Shown piece after piece: positions 16,266-22,280 of a DNA stretch of 22,280 nt. The DNA is from Candidatus Krumholzibacteriia bacterium. GTDB lineage: Bacteria; Krumholzibacteriota; Krumholzibacteriia; LZORAL124-64-63. The first letter of the stretch is position 1; each line of letters starts with the position of its first letter. The notes below the pieces were generated by a model that had not been told where the DNA came from, ran no database searches, and saw only the letters and a list, made by a program, of their open reading frames with translations. The DNA lies in NCBI GenBank assembly GCA_036351155.1, contig JAZBOO010000260.1, positions 1-22,280 on the forward strand, given 5' to 3'. The translations under genes were made by a program, and so were the position numbers.

Positions 16266-19205
16266 TCAGCGGATAAGCGCCATCCTCCGGATCTCCAGCG
16301 AACCCGCAGTGACCAGACGCGTCAGGTAGACACCGCTGGGCAGTGCGCGACCCGCGGTGTCGCGGCCGTCCCAGGTGACCGTGTGTGTTCCTGCCGTCAG
16401 ACTCTCATCCACCAGAACCCTCACCCGTTCGCCTTTCAGATTCACGATCTCCAGGACCGCGTGTCCGTCGTGGTTCAGGCTGAAGCTCACCGATGTGGAG
16501 GGGTTGAAGGGGTTGGGGTAATTGCTGAGCAAGGCGGTGCGCAAGAGACCCGGTTCATCTTCCACTCCGACGATTGCCTCGCATCCCTGCCCGTAGTACC
16601 CCATGAGCTCATAGCAATCGTTGTTGCTGGGTAGAGCGGGCGAGTTCGAGAAGAGCGTCAGGTCGCCTGCGGCGGCATCACAGAACCCCGGATGGGAAGT
16701 CTGGATGCAGCAACTCGTGCTGTCGAAGTTGCCCGTGGTGCTGATGCCGTGTTCGATCTCCCAGATCAAGGAAGCGTAGCAATAAGAGTTTTCACGGGAT
16801 GGTCCCTGAACCCACGGGTCGGAATAGTCGGTGATGAACCATTCCATGACCGAACTGTTCTGGCCGAAAGCAACGATGGATTTTTTGAGACGGAGGCTCG
16901 GCGAAGTCGGCAAGATAGGAATGCCTGTACGGCCCACGGCGACCTGACCGCCAACCAGCTCCCCTGTGATGCTGTTGTAGACGAGCGTGGAGTGGAGCAG
17001 CGTTTCGCCATAGTCGAGAAAGAGCGCGGCGCCGTTGCGGACAGCAGAGTTGTGCGTGAAGACGCAGTACTCGGCCTCGCCGGAGGTGAGATAGGCACCG
17101 GCTCCGATATAGGCTGCGTTACCGGAGAAAGTGCACTCGGTGATACTGCCTTCAGCGTAAACCCCGCCCCCGAACTGGCTCGCGGTGTTGTCCCGGAACG
17201 TGCATCCGTAAAGCGGCGCTTCGAGCATTTCGACGTGAAGTCCGCCTCCGTTCACCGCTGTGTTGTTCTCGAAAACGCAGTCCGAGACAACGCCAATTCC
17301 CATGACGGCTCCGCCGCCGAAAGCGTCCTCATCCTGGTCGGCAATATTGCCCGTGAAGGTGCAGCCGTCGAGCTGGCCGTATTCAGAACCCCCGCTGAGT
17401 CCTCCCCCGCACTTCGCCCTGTTGTTCAGGAAACGGCAGTTCAATGCGGTGAACCGAGTCCCCGCAGCGAGGCCGCCGCCCCAGCTCTGCTGGGAAACAT
17501 TGCCATGGAATTCACAGTCCTGGAGAACAAGGTCCTGCCCATCAAAGCCGCTGACGTGTAATCCTGCACCTCCATGTATGGATTCGTTGTCCCAGAACAG
17601 ACAGGAGGTAACGTGCAGCACATGGTCCAGCGCCTGGACCTTCACGCCCTGTCCGGAATGATTGCCCACGTCGACTTCCATCAGGAAGCTGCCCTCCAGA
17701 GGATTCTGCATCAGCCAGCCTGCCGCGTAATTTTCGGACATGTTGCCATCCAGGCGGCAGACATTGGCCTGGACCAGCACGTCCTTGGTGAAGATGGCGC
17801 CGCCGGTATCGTTGGCGGTGTTCATTTCGAAGATCGTGTCCTCCATGGTCAAGGTGCCATGGACCATGTCGATGGCACCGCCGGTATCCCCGGCCATGTT
17901 GTCGCGAAAGACACAGTTGTTGATGGTCATCGTGATCCCCGGGTCCGGGGTGGTGCTGTTGATTCGAAGCGAGCCGCCGCAGCCCATGAAGGCCGCATAA
18001 CCGCCGTGGAAGCCGAGTCCACGGAGACGGACCGATGCGTTGATGCCGGTGAGGGACATGTGCCGGTGCGTGAGTCCATCCGCGGTGTCGGGCTCGAGGC
18101 GGCAAGTCGCCGGGTTGTTGCTGCGGGAGCGGAGGGTGAAGGAACGAAGGTCGTTGGTGATGTTTTCATTTCCCGCACCCGAATAGACCCCGTCCTCCAG
18201 CACGATCTCGTCGTCCAGCACCTGAACCAGGTCCACCGCGGCCTGGATGGTGGCGAGCATGCCGGAACCGTCGGCCTCCAACCGGTAACAGCAGCCGTCG
18301 ACGTCCAGTTCCTCGCCCGCACCCATCGTGTCGCAGGCGATGTCGGACCGGCAGGGCGAGGACTCGGCAAGATCCACATCCGGGTCATCGCCCCAGGGGT
18401 CGACCAGGCGCGGGTCGGCACTGAAGTTGCCCTCGCCGTCAGCGGTGCCATAGGGAAAGTCCCCCCCGTTGTTCCCGAAAAAATTGCAGCAGGTGATGGA
18501 AAAGCTGCCGCCGTAATTGTTGATCGCCGCCCCGCCCCCCGCATTCCAGGCCATGATGGTGGTCTCGATGACGGCCGAGGCGCCGGTCTCCAGAGAGACG
18601 CCGGCACCCTCGCCCGCGGCATTGTTCGTGAATGTGCAGCTGCGTACGGTCAAGGCGGTTTCGTCCGTGGCGGCCAGGGCGCCGCCGTAGCCGTCGGCCG
18701 AGTTGCGGGCGAAGACACAGTCTTCGAACACCACCGCGCCGAACTGATCACCGAACCAGACCCCACCGTGAACCGCGTGATTGTCCAGGAAGCGGCAGTT
18801 CTGGAAGGTATAATTGCCCCAGCCCGTGACGATGGCGCCGCCTTGTGCCCCCCAGGCTCCCTGCACGGTCAAGTTGGCCACGGTGCCGCCGGTCTCTTCA
18901 TAGAGTCTGAAGGCCCCCCGTGGTGTGGTGGCCGAGCCCCCGCAGTTGATGACCGTCAGTCGAGGTTCACCCACACCCCGTACGGTGACATCGCCGTAGA
19001 ACTCCAGGTTGGTGTTGCCCAGGCCGTAGTAGTTGCCAGGAGCCAGCTGAACCACGTCGCCGTTCGAGGCGACGTTCAAGGCGGCCTGAATGGTGGGATA
19101 GTCGCCCGTGCCATCGGGAGCCACCGAAAGGAAGGCGGCAGATGCCGGGGTTGCGAGAACCAGTACCACCATGAGGTGGAGCAGTGCCGAGCGATGTGCG
19201 ATCAT
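16266..19205 (-). CDS. Large secreted right-handed beta-helix (pectin-lyase-like/Pmp-like GGA-FxxN repeat) protein with FlgD/T9SS-like CTD
   Basis: Start re-called at ATG 19205 (signal peptide ...ATPASA); two modules opening VAPDGTGDYPTIQAAL and LEADGSGMLATIQAAV; many C.F..N.A..GG(A/G) repeats; CTD NYPNPFNPST...WDGRD..G...PSGVYL...RRMALIR. Confidence 0.88.
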   Translation of the reverse strand: MIAHRSALLHLMVVLVLATPASAAFLSVAPDGTGDYPTIQAALNVASNGDVVQLAPGNYYGLGNTNLEFYGDVTVRGVGEPRLTVINCGGSATTPRGAFRLYEETGGTVANLTVQGAWGAQGGAIVTGWGNYTFQNCRFLDNHAVHGGVWFGDQFGAVVFEDCVFARNSADGYGGALAATDETALTVRSCTFTNNAAGEGAGVSLETGASAVIETTIMAWNAGGGAAINNYGGSFSITCCNFFGNNGGDFPYGTADGEGNFSADPRLVDPWGDDPDVDLAESSPCRSDIACDTMGAGEELDVDGCCYRLEADGSGMLATIQAAVDLVQVLDDEIVLEDGVYSGAGNENITNDLRSFTLRSRSNNPATCRLEPDTADGLTHRHMSLTGINASVRLRGLGFHGGYAAFMGCGGSLRINSTTPDPGITMTINNCVFRDNMAGDTGGAIDMVHGTLTMEDTIFEMNTANDTGGAIFTKDVLVQANVCRLDGNMSENYAAGWLMQNPLEGSFLMEVDVGNHSGQGVKVQALDHVLHVTSCLFWDNESIHGGAGLHVSGFDGQDLVLQDCEFHGNVSQQSWGGGLAAGTRFTALNCRFLNNRAKCGGGLSGGSEYGQLDGCTFTGNIADQDEDAFGGGAVMGIGVVSDCVFENNTAVNGGGLHVEMLEAPLYGCTFRDNTASQFGGGVYAEGSITECTFSGNAAYIGAGAYLTSGEAEYCVFTHNSAVRNGAALFLDYGETLLHSTLVYNSITGELVGGQVAVGRTGIPILPTSPSLRLKKSIVAFGQNSSVMEWFITDYSDPWVQGPSRENSYCYASLIWEIEHGISTTGNFDSTSCCIQTSHPGFCDAAAGDLTLFSNSPALPSNNDCYELMGYYGQGCEAIVGVEDEPGLLRTALLSNYPNPFNPSTSVSFSLNHDGHAVLEIVNLKGERVRVLVDESLTAGTHTVTWDGRDTAGRALPSGVYLTRLVTAGSLEIRRMALIR

Positions 19206-19301
19206 GAGGAATGTCCCTTCTTCCAGATTGGAGGCCGGTGATACCGGGGAAAGACGGTCAAAAGAGGAGGGAGAGTTGCGGGGGAGGCGAAATATTCCGA
19301 C

Positions 19302-19391
19302 ATGGACTTCCAGGTCGGCTTGGCCGTGGGCGACGGCACCGTGGCCACCGAAGGCACGAGTTTCGACAGCGTCAAGGCTATCTACCGGTAA
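19302..19391 (+). pseudogene. 29-codon ORF or gene remnant consisting mainly of a C-terminal 'V.TE.TSF.SVKA.YR' motif
   Basis: MDFQVGLAVGDGTVATEGTSFDSVKAIYR*; host-like high-GC3 codons; in-frame stop at 19239, so no signal peptide is possible. Confidence 0.6.
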
Positions 19392-19538
19392 GGGCCGATC
19401 CCCAGCCGGCATCTGATGATGTCGCCAGCGAAATAGACATTCTTTCGGACAATAACCAGGTCACACATCAGCAAGCCATACGACTTTGGTGGGTAAATGG
19501 ATGATTTCACCGTGACTACCCACTGGAGGTCCTGGACC

Positions 19539-22280
19539 ATGAATACCCCGCACTCGCTGTTCCGCGCGCTCAGGAGGGTGTTGGTGCCGGCGCTGACCCT
19601 GGCCCTGGCCGGTACAGCCTTGGCCGCCCCCGGCCTGACCATCACGCCCACACGGGTTCAACCCGGCGAGACCGTGCTGGTGACCTTCAGCGACTTCTCC
19701 CCTGGCGGCTACAACGCCACGCTCCTTCTGGACGACCTGGCGGTGACGGACATCTTCGTCCCGAGTGGCGGTTCCGGGTCCTTTTCCTGGACACTTCCGG
19801 CTGATCTGAGCCTTGGCGGCCACGACGTCATCCTCTGTGCAAACTGCTATCAGTTCGAATTCGAGGAACGCACCAACCGGGTACGCCTCACCGTGACCAC
19901 GGGAGAGCTCAGCGGCAACCAGTTCAACTTGCAGCCGTGGGCCATCGAGGTCACGCAGGGCGTGCGCGGGGACATCCCCATGCGCTCGCTGCCGGACGGC
20001 GGCCAGGTGCTTCCCGAAGACGACGTGGTGCACGTGGCCAACCGCCGGACGGTGGTGCGGGTCTATCCCTTCGTGGAGGGCGGACCGGACTTCACCAGGG
20101 TTTACGGCGTGCAGGCCGAGCTCTGGGCTTCGGTGGGCGGGGTGAACTACGGCCCGCTGGCTCCTGAGGACCCATGGGGAGTGGACGTCTACGCGGCTGG
20201 CACCATGGAGGATCTGCGCTACAGCTTGCGCCGCTCGTGGAATTTCGTTCTCCCGTCCGAGATCACAGAGCTCGCCCGAGATGTGGAGTCTGGCACTTTC
20301 AGCTTGACGGTCAACATCAATCCCAATGGGCCTGACCAGAAGCCGGAATGCAACACTTGCTACGATGACAACACCGCCAACCTCTACAGTAACCGATTCG
20401 AGCATGTCGGTCTGGGCGGCGACCAGGCCCTGACCCTCAAGCCGTATTTTGTCGAGGCCCGGGTGTTCAAGGATGACGGCACCACCCTGTTCATGCCTCG
20501 TCCCACTGCTGCCAAGCTCGCCGATGTGACCCGCTCCATGCAGCAGGTGATGCCGGTGGCCGACGGTCAGCGCGGCATCAGATTGAGGACCTGGCGCAAC
20601 GTCGATTGGTCGGGCACCGAAGAAGAAGAAGGCGATGCCCAGGACCGTTTTCTCATCAGGAACTACCTGCCGAGCGGCGAGCTGCGGGCTGCCCCTCCCA
20701 ATGAGTACCATGCCTTTCTTTACGACAACCCGAACAGTTGCGGGGGGCACGCCTACCTGTTTTCGCCATTCCTGCGGACGGGCGTTTGTGGCGCTCCCCA
20801 GTTCACGGCGGCCCACGAATTGATTCATGCCATCGGCTCGGAGCATGCTGGCAATGGGCATGGGGAAGATGGGGGCGGTGGTTATGATCTCAACTATCCG
20901 GGCAACCATGGGCAGGTGGAAGACAACACCTGGGGGCTGGATGTTTACAACTTGCGGGTTTACCCGCCCAGCCTGGTGACCCCCGGCGACAACCGAACCC
21001 ACTGCCTGATGTCCTACGGCGGCAATAAATGGATCTCGCGCTACACCTGGAATCGAGTCGCCACCAACCTGGGCTCACCTGATGTGACGGTGAACAAGGC
21101 ATCCGGACTGCCCGCAATCCTGGCGGAGAACACGCGTGCCGACCTCCTGGGCTTCGTCGCTTTTCGCGGACTGATGGACAGCGGCGGCACTCTGGAACTC
21201 GACCCCTTCCTGGCCAGCTACCCCATCACCGAGAGCCCGGGCGACGGCACCTACGAGCTGGTCTTCAGAGATGACCAGGGTGTTGTGCTGTCCAGCCACC
21301 TGCCCAGGCTGGTTCTGAGCCAGGATGGAACACAATCGGGGGGATTATTTGCCGAATCGGTCCCATTGCCCGTGGGCTGGGCCGAGATGCGACTTCTCCA
21401 GGGCGGGATTCCCACGCAAACCTGGCAGCGCAGCGCTCACCCGCCCACCGTGTCCATTACCTCGCCCGCCAGCGGTTTCCAGTGGCCCAACTCCGGCGAG
21501 GTCACGCTGGCCTGGAACGCCACCGATCTCGATGGTGATGACCTGACCTACCGTGTCTTCGCACTGCACATCAGTTCCAATGAACTGATCACTCTGGGCA
21601 ACGATCTGTCGACTCCATCGCTTGTCCTGGATCGTGCTGGTTTGCCCGCTGGTGGGAACTGGGCCTTGCTGGTCGAGGCCAGCGACGGACTGGACCCCAC
21701 CTACTCCGCCTTCGCCACCGGCTTTGTGGAACCCATCCCGCCCCAGGTGCTGATCATTCAGCCGGCCGACAACTCGGTGCACGTGGCGGGGACGAAGATC
21801 CCCGCTTCAGGCCTGGCGATGGACCTGCAGGGTGAGATCAGTCCGGGCAACATGATCTGGAATCTGGATGGAAACTATGTCGGCAGCGGGGTCACCTTCG
21901 ACGTTCCAGGTGTGGCGGCCGGCAACCATGTGCTCACACTCACGGTGTACAACGCGCTCCAGATCGAGGGCAGTTACAGCATCAACCTGCAGGTGGTCAG
22001 CGCCCTGGATGTGCCCGAATTGACGGCTCCTGCCGATGGGGCCACGGGGGTATCCTTGCCGGCCGATCTGAGCTGGACCCCCGTCCCGGGAGCCATCAGC
22101 TACCGGGTGCAGGTGGCGGCAGATCCCAGCTTCAACGAGATCGTGGCGGAAATCGGCAACCTGGGCGACCCGAGGGTGTCGTTCCCGGGCGATCCGGCCT
22201 CCGACGCCTACCACTGGCGCGTCATGGCCGAGCACGGCGCGGCACCCTCGGACTGGTCGCTCGCCCGCAGTTTCATGGCC
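19539..22280 (+). CDS. Secreted metzincin metalloprotease (M66/StcE-like) with Ig/FN3-like domains, 3'-partial
   Basis: Not in the ORF track because it has no stop in the window. GGAGG RBS at 19525-19529; signal peptide MNTPHSLFRALRRVLVPALTLALAGTALA; IEVTQG and VANRRTVVRVY motifs; HELIHAIGSEH at 20814-20846; Met-turn CLMSY..W.S.YTW; open for 914 codons to the window end. Confidence 0.9.
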   Translation, partial: MNTPHSLFRALRRVLVPALTLALAGTALAAPGLTITPTRVQPGETVLVTFSDFSPGGYNATLLLDDLAVTDIFVPSGGSGSFSWTLPADLSLGGHDVILCANCYQFEFEERTNRVRLTVTTGELSGNQFNLQPWAIEVTQGVRGDIPMRSLPDGGQVLPEDDVVHVANRRTVVRVYPFVEGGPDFTRVYGVQAELWASVGGVNYGPLAPEDPWGVDVYAAGTMEDLRYSLRRSWNFVLPSEITELARDVESGTFSLTVNINPNGPDQKPECNTCYDDNTANLYSNRFEHVGLGGDQALTLKPYFVEARVFKDDGTTLFMPRPTAAKLADVTRSMQQVMPVADGQRGIRLRTWRNVDWSGTEEEEGDAQDRFLIRNYLPSGELRAAPPNEYHAFLYDNPNSCGGHAYLFSPFLRTGVCGAPQFTAAHELIHAIGSEHAGNGHGEDGGGGYDLNYPGNHGQVEDNTWGLDVYNLRVYPPSLVTPGDNRTHCLMSYGGNKWISRYTWNRVATNLGSPDVTVNKASGLPAILAENTRADLLGFVAFRGLMDSGGTLELDPFLASYPITESPGDGTYELVFRDDQGVVLSSHLPRLVLSQDGTQSGGLFAESVPLPVGWAEMRLLQGGIPTQTWQRSAHPPTVSITSPASGFQWPNSGEVTLAWNATDLDGDDLTYRVFALHISSNELITLGNDLSTPSLVLDRAGLPAGGNWALLVEASDGLDPTYSAFATGFVEPIPPQVLIIQPADNSVHVAGTKIPASGLAMDLQGEISPGNMIWNLDGNYVGSGVTFDVPGVAAGNHVLTLTVYNALQIEGSYSINLQVVSALDVPELTAPADGATGVSLPADLSWTPVPGAISYRVQVAADPSFNEIVAEIGNLGDPRVSFPGDPASDAYHWRVMAEHGAAPSDWSLARSFMA

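Noticed and set aside
16266..19205. DGR target or autotransporter (Pmp) interpretation of the beta-helix gene
   Set aside because: No reverse transcriptase or TR/VR repeat pair seen; the C-terminus is a FlgD-type CTD, not an autotransporter barrel
19382..22235. Minus-strand ORFs 19461-21002, 21075-21335, 21345-21782 and 21807-22235
   Set aside because: Shadows of the plus-strand metalloprotease starting at 19539

Overview
A 22.3-kb window of high-GC bacterial DNA, mostly accessory cell-surface and secretome genes. The C-terminal sorting signatures suggest an FCB-group organism such as Ca. Krumholzibacteriota/Latescibacterota (inference). Left to right: pilT-like ATPase with a duplicated N-domain, co-oriented with a tandem-domain hypothetical gene; large S8 subtilase (2x[PKD + jelly-roll-like], PPC, FlgD/T9SS-like CTD); 5'-truncated kbp/ygaU (BON-LysM) joined back-to-back to a 3' remnant of ypfJ; M28 peptidase with CTD; an AT-rich spacer bracketed by a perfect 24-bp inverted repeat (candidate invertible promoter); PQ-loop-like membrane protein; TauE/SafE exporter; outer-membrane beta-barrel; nucleotidyltransferase-like protein; ArsR-DUF2087-GIY-YIG fusion with a palindromic operator; EEP nuclease translationally coupled to a second beta-barrel; icmF 3' remnant; large beta-helix protein with CTD; a 29-codon ORF that is almost only a C-terminal 'SFDSVKAIYR' motif; and a metzincin protease gene (at least 914 codons) missing from the ORF track that runs off the right edge. 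I saw no rRNA, tRNA, CRISPR array, transposase, integrase or reverse transcriptase. Family calls come from motif recognition by eye, not database searches.
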